A stretch of DNA of 64,000 nucleotides from a virus: positions 32,833-96,832 of the IMG/VR virus record IMGVR_UViG_3300008107_000029; one strand, written 5' to 3'. The notes beneath the pieces were generated by a model. That model was not told where the DNA came from, made no database searches, and worked only from the letters and a program-made list of their open reading frames with translations. Below are positions 17,201 to 24,458 of this stretch, piece after piece (the stretch's first letter is position 1; the number at the start of each line of letters is the position of its first letter). Position numbers and translations under genes: made by a program.

Positions 17201-18040
17201 ATCTCCAGTTGTAAATCCATGAGATGTAATTGTAATTGTAGAAGCATTGTAATCTACATTAGATGCTTGGAAGAATCCTGAGACCTTTCCTCTCCAGTCA
17301 TAAGGAACGAATGCAAACTTTGAATAACCTTCAAGGGAAGTTGTTGCATTTGTTTCAACTGTAGCAGTTAGAGTATCTACGTTTGTAGGTATAATACTTG
17401 CTGCATTAAATCTTAAAGTCTTTCCACCAACAGTGTTTGACAAAATAAACTTTGTTCCTACGCTAAATCCGTGTGGATAGATTGTGTCAACGGTAAGGAT
17501 TGAAGGCACTGCACCGTCTGTTCTAATTGAACCTAGTGTATCTAGTTTGTATTGGGTAGCCTGATATAAACGACCACCAAAAATTTGAGTTGTATCATCT
17601 TTAATTTCAACTGTACCACCTGGAGTAACTCCAGCAAAATTCATTGTCTTCTTTGCTTTGTATTCAATAATGAATGCTGAAACAAGACGGCTAACTACGA
17701 ACGCACCTTCTGCAATGTTGGTAGTAAGTCCAGATACGATAATAGGAGAACCAACAGATAGGTTGTGCTCAGTGCTGCATACTACCTGAACAATGTCTGA
17801 GCCTTGTGTGGCAAGGACACTTGTGTGAGAAAGGGCAGTTTGTCCAGGTCTAGAAAAGAAGGTAGGAATGTTGTTAACAAGTTCGATTGTCTCCCAACGT
17901 GTTTCCTGTAGACCATATTCAAAGTCTGTATCAATAAGGTTAGATGGTGTAGAAACACGAATTTTCGATACTGGATCGACATACGTTTCAATTGGCTCAA
18001 AGAGGGTTTCCTCTGTTTGGGGTCTTAAATATCCTGACAT
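11219..18040 (-). CDS. very large virion structural / fibre protein with repeated beta modules
   Basis: 2273 aa, T/S/G/N-rich; many HG.TTG..V.Y....GL....YYV modules; RQTRKYFRYQSGKG and WYGAG.VRFG conserved blocks. Confidence 0.8.
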   Translation of the reverse strand: MSGYLRPQTEETLFEPIETYVDPVSKIRVSTPSNLIDTDFEYGLQETRWETIELVNNIPTFFSRPGQTALSHTSVLATQGSDIVQVVCSTEHNLSVGSPIIVSGLTTNIAEGAFVVSRLVSAFIIEYKAKKTMNFAGVTPGGTVEIKDDTTQIFGGRLYQATQYKLDTLGSIRTDGAVPSILTVDTIYPHGFSVGTKFILSNTVGGKTLRFNAASIIPTNVDTLTATVETNATTSLEGYSKFAFVPYDWRGKVSGFFQASNVDYNASTITITSHGFTTGDPVMYVGPYEDTLVGGLTNYSLYYAVKIDNNTVALSSTEIDEYNTATLVQFTRNGTSNFGQHALFFANKVASATVADVITTTNNLKGVEEDDPVFVFSTGTGLTAASPHKSTNNHTVTNYVKLYVNQANKTEARETWTNSGTSLDVVTNVFTVPSTSGFTTGDAVTYYSNSGTIPTGLTSGNTYYIRVRSSTTMSLHTSAAGASSDTLQVDVTSTGTGTSTVIKQNRTLRLGTAPAGTGILDINGTTINGTTWIVVGIMEENYDSVYVPNHGFSSDDVVLVETASGEGGPVDENYGKITALATTGINTTSNVITVDDGSRVNTGTPVFLTAQSAETTFNANAGVNLATDVITVASTTGFTTGDAVTVKHRARPLSFEQANGIDPVTDQITVPSTENYVSGQEVVYYNGGDVVPNGLTSGSTYFVRVINSTTISLHGSKAGAQGNNNTVDLVARGSGVGALKPVNAQPGGLTDNGTYYVRVASGTTFTLHASSADAIANNNLVNITASGSGTATITQSSPTLAGGLTNNTKYFVRKTGTNTLTLHPTLANAIANTSIVDITTVGTAKVQLAIVAPTVSNLSAIDTATEILTMVNGDATTFRTGQAVLFTMDDGTTTTPFTSTPQVVPGRNYYIRPLSSTTFTLHTTPEKAIDNTGSINFTASTTNANVRFTGGFGPISIGQRINYFVEKVNENRIRLKPTKASAYQAFLPSPYSSGTMTFTRRTATDFADGIYLPQNALSEGQILTYSSGVNPAITGLVNANQYYVFTPTENYFRLSTTATFSSLNIPVQGLSTVDTVAFYITSAGHGYSTASAEPAIYNSTTPIGGLKSGTVYFVRGLDANRLALFYSPESAASLVVNAAGEAPVDDRVPLLDTNLGGTGTFKKIPGLINFSAVGTGTHELSITGTNAIDGIYEIQTIPTDTHFTLNPTSAILSPRTYTFDPLNTLDLNYSIINQTNHQYYTGAPVVYNTSGTQIGGLVAGTTYYAIRISQDWFQLAATRDDAEIGREIVLTSFGSGVTHSITSSNVAAEFPASGTVSLVPGTKTINGLGTNFPNLYKIGDVFKVYVPDTRLSNLEFVTQSSGINLTTNIVTTQDTHTYTTGLAVRVSSSTTLPTGLSASRIYYVRALTTSTLAFYPNPADANADSNRIDITGLGTGNMTISPVLPGTVFASKITGIRSATALTVEDTIPVTGSDEAQTPISTASGVARTDLSYATSTSLYVKGDGFAVHRPYDGGVELTPSTNPDASMIRQTRKYFRYQSGKGIQVSKAINFNAPTQIDTYTRVGTTATITTRNPHRCTDVVTVRIVDAVNGIGDLGPNYWNGNFEINQIIDERTFTITLLGTPQTDRPGGFPQFNPVSWVNCVLRSGLFDDQNGIFFEFDGSKLYCVRRSSTQQMSGTATVAFNSTRIVGSSTSFSSQVAKGQSVVIKGQTYKVVKVDSNDIMYIQPAYRGISKSGVIISKVVDTKVEQANWNLDPADGTGPSGFNLDLTKIQMAYIDYSWYGAGKVRFGFKDQKGHVKYFHEFIHNNIFTEAYMRAGNLPARYEITSTGIPSYVPSLSHWGTSIIMDGEFQDDKAYLFTAAGDSIQFTNNSTQKTAPGQIETTKSYTITDPDTATTVAAYRITFDSYTNAVVAAIKNNTAVANSTALNEKLPVGTKTIGVPVRGYNNTGWVYVDQAPSATDGATFRTVTSQQQLFDATNNFTVFTVASGHGMTAGTVHRVRWEADSSVPSTFFYGGSGGRSYTGSTISNGSVVYITPYLGSSTQFIASTVAPGSGTFPRTATLTNNARWYTGGSTGSGAQVIIYTNDGATFTYPTSQTYNIGSGTDIVPSVIPLVSARLAPSVDNANTGNLGSKEVVNRMQTILNSVGILTNYDCEIYLILNSTLDNTNWTFVNKPSLSQLIKHSKGDLYTGGIVLYNFRAAGTGTVNSQDTTLSLAELATLGNSILGGDGVFPDGPDVLTVAAVVVEPASVTEAIPLKISARVSWTESQA

Positions 18041-18046
18041 GTTTCT

Positions 18047-18052
18047 ATTATA
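18047..18052 (-). promoter_or_regulatory. -10 box (TATAAT) of a leaderless promoter
   Basis: TATAAT-6 nt-ATG(18040), no SD. Confidence 0.65.
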
Positions 18053-18064
18053 CCTCTTTCGTTA

Positions 18065-21022
18065 TTATGCACCCAACCACCATGAGTTGGTTAGTGATCC
18101 TACTGATGCTGCACCTGCTGTTTGAACTTCAAAGACAATTCTATCACTGTCGTCATCATAAACTGCCACAAGGTTTACGTGATTATCGTGTACTAAAGAA
18201 GGTGCTACAAGGTCTGTAACCACTTCTGTTTGGGTATTTCCAATTGGAGTGTATCCAAGAGCAGATGTTATATCTAATAATCCTACAGTTACGTTACCAT
18301 TGACTGCTGGTCTAGTTCCAAACTGAATTAAGTCTACTGAATCTGGAACACTAAGAAGAAGTTGGTTTGGACCATCATCATATGTGACTGTAACGTTTGT
18401 ATGGTTAGTATGATTTAGTAATGGTTCAACCCAATCTTGAATTTCTTCTTGTGTTTTTGGTGTTGGAATCTTAATTTGTATCTGTGGTAATCCAGTAATT
18501 GGATCCTCTGCTACATAATCTACTACAACGTTTTCATGATTAACGTGGTCCAGTGTGTCATAAATGAATGCTGATGTTTGTAATCCATTAAATGCAACTG
18601 GGATTGTAAGTTCAATATCTCCGTGTGCTGATTGAGTGATTGTTGCTGTACCTTCAACATCTCCATCAATGGTAAATGTAACTTCGGCATCTCTTACGGC
18701 AAGAGTTCCAGTGTTGGTAAGGTCATCGTATACAAAGTTTAATCCAAATAGATTTAATTGTCCATCTAAGAAGTTAAAGATTTCATCATCTACTGCTTCT
18801 TGAAAATCTGTAATGTCAGTTGATACGTGGTCGTGTCCTAAGTATGTTAAAGCCTTCCATACAGTTCCACTCTTTATATACAAGTCTCCAGAGTCTGCTA
18901 CATATCCAAAAGCACCAGAGTCTGCACCAGTTGGTAATGCTGCTTGATTTGCATACCCTTGAGTAACAATATTTTCTATAGCAAACAAAACTGGGTCTGA
19001 AGATATGTTGGTTGGTCCACCTAGATAAAAATAATTTTCTTGTAAACTTGGAGCAATTTCTACCTGCCCAGGTCCATACAAATATATGGCTCCATCAAAT
19101 GTTGCTATAGCACTTGATAGTTTAACAAGAATTCCCATTCTCTGTGTAACAAAGTTATATTGTTGTGGGCTTATTGACGGAACTCCGTTTAGCCCAACGT
19201 ATAGTTCTGATCCTACAACTGCACCAGTAATTTCAAAGGTGGATGCTGCTATTAATCCTTGGCTTGTTATGTATCCATTACTTGATGCTGGAATGGTTTC
19301 TTCTGCTATTCCTATTGATGGCATTGTTGATGGAGTTCCAGCACTTGCTAAAACAACATTTGGTACAGTCGATCCACTAGCATATCCACTAATACTAACA
19401 AAACTGCCTGCGTTAATATCGGTAGTGCCGTTATTTCTAACATAAATTTTTGTCTTTGGTGCAAAGTTAACCTCAGCCTGGTAGATTAATGGGTCTCCAG
19501 CAGTTGTTGGCAAAGCCATTGCTGAAGTTATAGATGGATGGGAGGGTGTTCCAAAATAAGAAGAAACTCTACTGTCAACTCTTGGGTTGGTATACCATAA
19601 ATTTGTTGCTGTTCCAGTTTCTGATACATCGTCTGTGTCAAGAACTACTGTACCAATAAAACCATTTACTGAGTCTACTTGGCTAAGAACTTTATATGTA
19701 TCTCCACCGTCTAAACTCCAAGCAAATTGCTGGTTTGCTTCGCTCCAAGCAAGGATTGCATTAGTAAGATCTCCTCTTGCAACTTCAATACCTGACTTTA
19801 AAGTACTTGCTGGAGTGCCAGTTTGTGCTGAGTTAATAAGAATAGTTGTATCTTCTGTTGTAATAGTTCCTGCATTAAATATAGTTTCAGTACCAAGTAC
19901 ACTTAAGTTACCAGTTACTGTTAAATTATTTGGAATGGTTACATCTGTTGCCAAGCCTACAGTGGTAATTCCATTTGTTGTAGTTGCTACTATTTGATTT
20001 GTAGTTCCATTGATTGCTAACACACCAGTGTTAGAAATTGTTAATCCGTTAGTTGCTGAATCGTATGTGGTTGATATACCAGTCTTTGTTGCTCCATTAA
20101 TTAACGCCCCTGCAGAATCTTTTGCACGGTCATCTGTAAACCATAGGTTTGTTGTTGCTGGATCTCCGTCATTGCCTTCAGCAATATCTCCAGTTGTTAT
20201 AGTTACAACTCCTGTTTCGCCATTAACGCTTAGAACATTACCAGCACCAGTCAAAACTATTCTGTTGTTTACGTCATCGTATGATGCTGTAACATTTGTA
20301 TGTCCAGCATGGTTAAGAAGTGGTGCAGCAGAATCCTGTACTGCTTCAGTAAAGTCTGTTACTTGAGTAGAAGGAATTGCAATGTCGACATTTGATGCAC
20401 TTGTAATACGACCATCAACATCTACTGCAAATTGTGATACTGAGTTAGCATCTCCGTATGTTGCTGGTGTAACTCCAGTGTCTGAAAGATCAATAGTAAT
20501 TGTGGTATTACCAAGATTGGTCATTGTTGCTGATCCAGTTGCATCTCCTGCAATACTAATTACTGGATCGTTAACATTAAATGTTAATGTATTTAAGATG
20601 TCGTCATATGATACTGTTAGACCAGAATGTGTGGCTGCTACAACCATAGCCTGTGCAGCATCCTGTACAGCCTCTGTAAAGTCTGTTATGTTGGTAGATA
20701 CGTGGTTGTGTGAGTTATCTGCAACTGTTGTTGTAATGGTTGCGTTAGCAAGGTTTGTTACTGTTCCAGTTCCACTTACATCACCATCTAGGGTTAATGT
20801 AAAGTCACCTACATTGAAGTTTAATTTTCCAGTTGTATCGTCATAAGTAACGTCAATACCAGATTCGGTATTTGTAGTTACCATAGCACCAACTAGGTCT
20901 TGAATATCTTCTGCAACGTTTGTAATATCTGTAACTGTGTGCGTGTGCGATGGATACGCTAACGCCACATCTACTTGAACGACATCATTTGTTCCTTCGT
21001 CTACTATTACATTAATTGCCAT
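18065..21022 (-). CDS. tail fibre protein
   Basis: 985 aa; repeated DF.EAVQD / H.N.TVTYDD units, GDVSGTG, V.SVNG.TG.V motifs. Confidence 0.78.
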   Translation of the reverse strand: MAINVIVDEGTNDVVQVDVALAYPSHTHTVTDITNVAEDIQDLVGAMVTTNTESGIDVTYDDTTGKLNFNVGDFTLTLDGDVSGTGTVTNLANATITTTVADNSHNHVSTNITDFTEAVQDAAQAMVVAATHSGLTVSYDDILNTLTFNVNDPVISIAGDATGSATMTNLGNTTITIDLSDTGVTPATYGDANSVSQFAVDVDGRITSASNVDIAIPSTQVTDFTEAVQDSAAPLLNHAGHTNVTASYDDVNNRIVLTGAGNVLSVNGETGVVTITTGDIAEGNDGDPATTNLWFTDDRAKDSAGALINGATKTGISTTYDSATNGLTISNTGVLAINGTTNQIVATTTNGITTVGLATDVTIPNNLTVTGNLSVLGTETIFNAGTITTEDTTILINSAQTGTPASTLKSGIEVARGDLTNAILAWSEANQQFAWSLDGGDTYKVLSQVDSVNGFIGTVVLDTDDVSETGTATNLWYTNPRVDSRVSSYFGTPSHPSITSAMALPTTAGDPLIYQAEVNFAPKTKIYVRNNGTTDINAGSFVSISGYASGSTVPNVVLASAGTPSTMPSIGIAEETIPASSNGYITSQGLIAASTFEITGAVVGSELYVGLNGVPSISPQQYNFVTQRMGILVKLSSAIATFDGAIYLYGPGQVEIAPSLQENYFYLGGPTNISSDPVLFAIENIVTQGYANQAALPTGADSGAFGYVADSGDLYIKSGTVWKALTYLGHDHVSTDITDFQEAVDDEIFNFLDGQLNLFGLNFVYDDLTNTGTLAVRDAEVTFTIDGDVEGTATITQSAHGDIELTIPVAFNGLQTSAFIYDTLDHVNHENVVVDYVAEDPITGLPQIQIKIPTPKTQEEIQDWVEPLLNHTNHTNVTVTYDDGPNQLLLSVPDSVDLIQFGTRPAVNGNVTVGLLDITSALGYTPIGNTQTEVVTDLVAPSLVHDNHVNLVAVYDDDSDRIVFEVQTAGAASVGSLTNSWWLGA

Positions 21023-21023
21023 A

Positions 21024-21716
21024 TTATGTCAATTGCCCCCTAGTTGTATCTGTTGAAGCAGTTACGCTATATGTAATGTCTTCAACAACATCAATTTCTC
21101 CCTTTAAAATAGTTTGAACAGTCCAGTGATCGTCAAATGCATTAAGTGCATCGTCACCAAAGTCTGTTAAGTTTGTCTTTCTTGCAATTTCAAGATCATA
21201 TACTGCATTGTCTGGTAGTCTTTTGCTTACACCATCTGGCAGGAACATATGAATCTTTCCAGCAGTAATTTCAGATGCTTTGTTTCCAATCTGGAACTCT
21301 GCCTTTACGCTAGAGGTTACTGTTCCAGTTGCATTTTCCTGAGTGACAACGCTACCAGTTGACTGATATGTTATAGTGGTTGCAGTGACTGAAGTAATAA
21401 CTCTAGTTCCATCCCATCCTACACCAACACCTGCTACAGTAATAGTCTGATTAGTATCAAAGTTATGGTTTTGGCTTAATGTTAGGGTTGCGTATGTTGT
21501 TCCACCAACTAATTCTCTTTGTTTTTGTGTGACTGTTGCAGTTGAAGTGAAGGTCAAAGGTTGTAGATCTGGTCCGTAAATCTCTGCTTTAATGCTATAA
21601 TTTGTTAAATTGATGGCTGTGCCACCATTATCTTTTACTGTTGCGATAGCGTAATAAGTATCACCACGGTAAAGCGTGATATTTAATGTTCCTGGAGTAT
21701 TATTGACGCTTGCCAT
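21024..21716 (-). CDS. virion structural protein (baseplate/fibre adaptor-like)
   Basis: LNITLYRGDT...INLT.Y...AEI and VYDLEI...ILKG.I.V..DIT pattern with an inserted beta module. Confidence 0.65.
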   Translation of the reverse strand: MASVNNTPGTLNITLYRGDTYYAIATVKDNGGTAINLTNYSIKAEIYGPDLQPLTFTSTATVTQKQRELVGGTTYATLTLSQNHNFDTNQTITVAGVGVGWDGTRVITSVTATTITYQSTGSVVTQENATGTVTSSVKAEFQIGNKASEITAGKIHMFLPDGVSKRLPDNAVYDLEIARKTNLTDFGDDALNAFDDHWTVQTILKGEIDVVEDITYSVTASTDTTRGQLT

Positions 21717-21722
21717 GATTAC

Positions 21723-21728
21723 ATTATA
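21723..21728 (-). promoter_or_regulatory. -10 box (TATAAT) of a leaderless promoter
   Basis: TATAAT-6 nt-ATG(21716), no SD. Confidence 0.65.
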
Positions 21729-21733
21729 TCCTA

Positions 21734-22186
21734 CTAATGATTCTTAGAACTAGGAATAATCGCACCCTTCCACATTGATTGTTTGATCGGAACACAGTTT
21801 GGAACTTGGCGTCCGTTCTTTTCTTTCATACCTACTTGCTTATAACCAGACCAACATGCTTTTGTAAGATTATCCCATTTATCTTCATCTTCATTGTCTG
21901 ACTCGTATAATTCTTCTGACTTATCCATGCTGTGATCTGATTCAATTTTAACTGCATCTTTGTACATCATTCCAATGCTAAAAGCAGTTGGCTTCCATGT
22001 GCCATCTTTTTCAATATAAATTCTAACTGACATTGCTGGATTGTCTGGAGGCATAGACTCAATAGCAAACTCTGTTCCAGGTGTTCCTAGGGTTCCACCC
22101 TCAATCATAATGTGTTCAATCATGCCATGGACCATACCCTCTGTGGTTTTACCCATTACCATGTCGCCTTCTTTTAGTGTTAGCAT
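21734..22186 (-). CDS. hypothetical protein with CW.GY...VPNCVP motif
   Basis: 150 aa; AGGAGG SD; C-terminal CWSGYKQVGMKEKNGRQVPNCVP. Confidence 0.75.
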   Translation of the reverse strand: MLTLKEGDMVMGKTTEGMVHGMIEHIMIEGGTLGTPGTEFAIESMPPDNPAMSVRIYIEKDGTWKPTAFSIGMMYKDAVKIESDHSMDKSEELYESDNEDEDKWDNLTKACWSGYKQVGMKEKNGRQVPNCVPIKQSMWKGAIIPSSKNH

Positions 22187-22202
22187 ACTTTCCTCCTAGA
22201 CC

Positions 22203-22211
22203 ATTTTATCA
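22203..22211 (-). promoter_or_regulatory. extended -10 promoter
   Basis: TGATAAAAT in the intergenic gap upstream of AGGAGG and ATG 22186. Confidence 0.5.
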
Positions 22212-22214
22212 TAA

Positions 22215-22535
22215 TTAACCTAATGCTGAACGCATATTCTGTAGCAACTCACGCTCAAACGGATCTAGGTCATATAGGTCCATATTTAAACCTTTGTCCG
22301 TTAACCTAAAGATCCACTCTGCTGTATCTGACATAGAAACATCAACCATATCCTTGGTCCACAGTTCAAACATCATCATTGAAATGTCTTCAATATAAGA
22401 ATGGTATAGTTCTGGTGCAATCTCAGCACACTTCTCAGTGATGCTAAACCTATACTCACCGTCATCGTTTAGAGCAACTATTTCAATTGCTCCAGCCTCA
22501 ATGAGGTACTGGATGTAGAGATCCTCTTCTTCCAT
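22215..22535 (-). CDS. hypothetical acidic protein
   Basis: 106-aa ORF. Confidence 0.7.
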   Translation of the reverse strand: MEEEDLYIQYLIEAGAIEIVALNDDGEYRFSITEKCAEIAPELYHSYIEDISMMMFELWTKDMVDVSMSDTAEWIFRLTDKGLNMDLYDLDPFERELLQNMRSALG

Positions 22536-22809
22536 TGCTACGCTTCACTACCTTTCTTCTATCTTTGACCTGCCTAACAACCTTTCCATTTTTATCTGGA
22601 ACTTGATCCGCTTTCCAGTTGTTACACTGTCTGTGGGTCAATCTCAAGTTGTCAATATCCCAAGTGCCACCTTTTGATAATGGAATCCAGTGATCTATTG
22701 TGGCTGCATCTTTGTCAAAGGGAAGTTGACAAATAAAGCATAGATCTCCGTCTCTGCTTATTAGATATTCCAACCGTTCTTTTTTAGTTGCAAATCCTGT
22801 ATATTCCAT
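22498..22809 (-). CDS. HNH endonuclease
   Basis: RDG..CFIC...TIDHWIPLSKGG....NL...HRQCNNWK. Confidence 0.92.
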   Translation of the reverse strand: MEYTGFATKKERLEYLISRDGDLCFICQLPFDKDAATIDHWIPLSKGGTWDIDNLRLTHRQCNNWKADQVPDKNGKVVRQVKDRRKVVKRSNGRRGSLHPVPH

Positions 22810-22818
22810 ACAAGATAA

Positions 22819-22983
22819 TTATACATCTATAAGTTTAAGAACGAACATGCATGGGTCTCCACCATCTTCCCATTCTTGTTGCTCTTCCTCCGTCATATAT
22901 GGATCTCCATCGTGTGTATTACAAAAGGCTTCAGACACCCATCCCTTTTCTTGCCCGTAGGCTACCCACTCATGAATGTCCAT
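22819..22983 (-). CDS. small acidic hypothetical protein (54 aa)
   Basis: Below ORF-track cutoff: MDIHEWVAYGQEKGWVSEAFCNTHDGDPYMTEEEQQEWEDGGDPCMFVLKLIDV; TAATG overlap with thioredoxin stop. Confidence 0.75.
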   Translation of the reverse strand: MDIHEWVAYGQEKGWVSEAFCNTHDGDPYMTEEEQQEWEDGGDPCMFVLKLIDV

Positions 22984-23243
22984 TACAGACCTAACTCTTT
23001 AATAAATCTTGGCTTTGGCATAGCACCAATAACAAACTTAACGATCTCGCCGTCTTCTTCAAGAATGTATGTTGGTACTGACTTGATGTTGTATCTTTGA
23101 ACCATCTCTGCATCAGCATCAATGTCAATCTTTACAATCTTTAAATCTGGGTACTCTTTTTCTAGTTCGTCAATTACTGGGTTCATCATCTTGCATGGTC
23201 CACACCACTCTGCCCAGAAGTCCAACAGGACTCTTTCTTTCAT
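22983..23243 (-). CDS. trxA: thioredoxin
   Basis: DFWAEWCGPCK, SVPT. Confidence 0.95.
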   Translation of the reverse strand: MKERVLLDFWAEWCGPCKMMNPVIDELEKEYPDLKIVKIDIDADAEMVQRYNIKSVPTYILEEDGEIVKFVIGAMPKPRFIKELGL

Positions 23244-23281
23244 AATAACCTCCTAAGTTATAGTTATATTATACCTACTAG

Positions 23282-23355
23282 CGATACTAAGGGGACTTGA
23301 ACCCCTGACCTCCACCGTGACAGGGTGGCGTTCTAACCAACTGAACTATAGTACC
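23282..23355 (-). tRNA. tRNA-Asp (GTC), CCA not encoded
   Basis: GGTACTA-TAGTTCAGTTGGTTAGAAC-G-CCACC-CTGTCAC-GGTGG-AGGTC-AGGGGTTCAAGTCCCCT-TAGTATC-G; complete cloverleaf. Confidence 0.95.
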
Positions 23356-23651
23356 TTGCTACGATTATATGTTCTCATCCTGTGACAGTTAGAACATACT
23401 ATTTCGCACTTTGCTATTTCTTCTAACAACACTTCCATAGGAGTTGCTGTCTTAACCATCTCAGAAATGTTAGCAACCTTATCTCTAAGATGATCAAAAT
23501 CTAAAACTGGTGGTGGGTAGTCAACGTTGCAATCAACACACGTTGGGTGATCTAGTTTGTATTGCCAGACAAACTTTCTTCTTTTATTTTTTCTTTGCTC
23601 ATTTCGGTCAACATAAATATCTTTTGACTTAATGTATTTAAGTTCTGGCAT
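23346..23651 (-). CDS. HNH endonuclease family protein
   Basis: CVDC...LDFDH...EIAKCEIVCSNCHRMRT. Confidence 0.88.
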   Translation of the reverse strand: MPELKYIKSKDIYVDRNEQRKNKRRKFVWQYKLDHPTCVDCNVDYPPPVLDFDHLRDKVANISEMVKTATPMEVLLEEIAKCEIVCSNCHRMRTYNRSKVL

Positions 23652-23700
23652 TTATTCCCTATCTAATTATAAAGAGCAGTTTTGTGTCGTACTCAGGACA

Positions 23701-23729
23701 ATTATAGACTATTAGGCAAGGCCTGTCAA
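23701..23729 (-). promoter_or_regulatory. consensus sigma-70/SigA promoter
   Basis: TTGACA-17 nt-TATAAT upstream of the HNH and tRNA genes. Confidence 0.85.
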
Positions 23730-23733
23730 GTGT

Positions 23734-24312
23734 TTACTTCTTGGCTGCTGGCTTTGCTGCTTTTGGCTTTGGTGGTAGTTTAACTGCTAGTGCAGCACCC
23801 TCTTCACCAACATAGTTAGGACGACCCCAACCAACTACACCATTGATCAACTTCTTCTTGTTGTCTTTAACATATGCACGAGTCTTCTCTACGCACATGC
23901 CACCATTTCGCTGATCTCCTTTTGCAGTTCCTGAAGTGTTTCCTTCAACAACTTGGATTGTTCCGTCGCCATTATTTTTTACACAGATACCTACGTGAGA
24001 TGTTCTGTTGACGCCATCTTCTGGAAAATCAAAATAGATGATATCTCCTGGAGTTGGATCGTCATTACGTGCATCTGCCCAACGATTCATTTTCTTAAAT
24101 GCAGCCTCTCCTGCAGGGGTGTATACGGTATTAGGTACCTTTACTCCTGCTTGGTTAGCACACCACATAACAAATGAACCACACCATGGTTGAAAGTTTG
24201 CTTTTGTAAACTTACCATACTTTGTTTCATTATCTTTTGGACCCTCAATGGTTCCAACTTCAGCAAGTGCTACTTCTACAATTCTTGCTGCTGATCCTTG
24301 TACTGCTGCCAT
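23734..24312 (-). CDS. CHAP-domain endolysin (amidase/peptidase)
   Basis: PWCGSFVMWC, PGDIIYF, SHVGI, VEGNT; basic K/A/P tail; AAGGAG SD. Confidence 0.88.
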   Translation of the reverse strand: MAAVQGSAARIVEVALAEVGTIEGPKDNETKYGKFTKANFQPWCGSFVMWCANQAGVKVPNTVYTPAGEAAFKKMNRWADARNDDPTPGDIIYFDFPEDGVNRTSHVGICVKNNGDGTIQVVEGNTSGTAKGDQRNGGMCVEKTRAYVKDNKKKLINGVVGWGRPNYVGEEGAALAVKLPPKPKAAKPAAKK

Positions 24313-24333
24313 TCTATCTCCTTTTATTTTATA

Positions 24334-24443
24334 GACTGGTGCGAGGTCCTTTTGACCTGCGTCGAATGGGGAAAGCGTTATGCTGTCTCACCTGCTCTAT
24401 GGTATGGTAACTATTCATCCTAAGATAAAGCCTCACACCAGCC
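24334..24443 (-). ncRNA. candidate 110-nt structured RNA / endolysin leader, family unassigned
   Basis: 5' GGCTGGTGTGAGG pairs with 3' CCTCGCACCAGTC (13 bp, 2 G-U); starts exactly 7 nt after TGATATAAT. Confidence 0.7.
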
Positions 24444-24449
24444 TTGATT

Positions 24450-24458
24450 ATTATATCA
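24450..24458 (-). promoter_or_regulatory. extended -10 promoter of the structured RNA
   Basis: TGATATAAT; the TGA is also the stop of 24456..25211. Confidence 0.7.

Noticed and set aside
23282-23355. tRNA as prophage attachment site
   Set aside because: Phage genes continue on both sides, and no integrase or duplicated tRNA 3' end was seen.
24334-24443. Assigning the structured RNA as SRP RNA, Y RNA or tRNA
   Set aside because: CAGG-TGAGAC-AGCA lacks the 3-bp stem plus GNRA loop of SRP domain IV; the 5' GGCTGGT resembles Y RNA but the bulged-C GGUCCGA helix is absent; there is no cloverleaf. Left unassigned.
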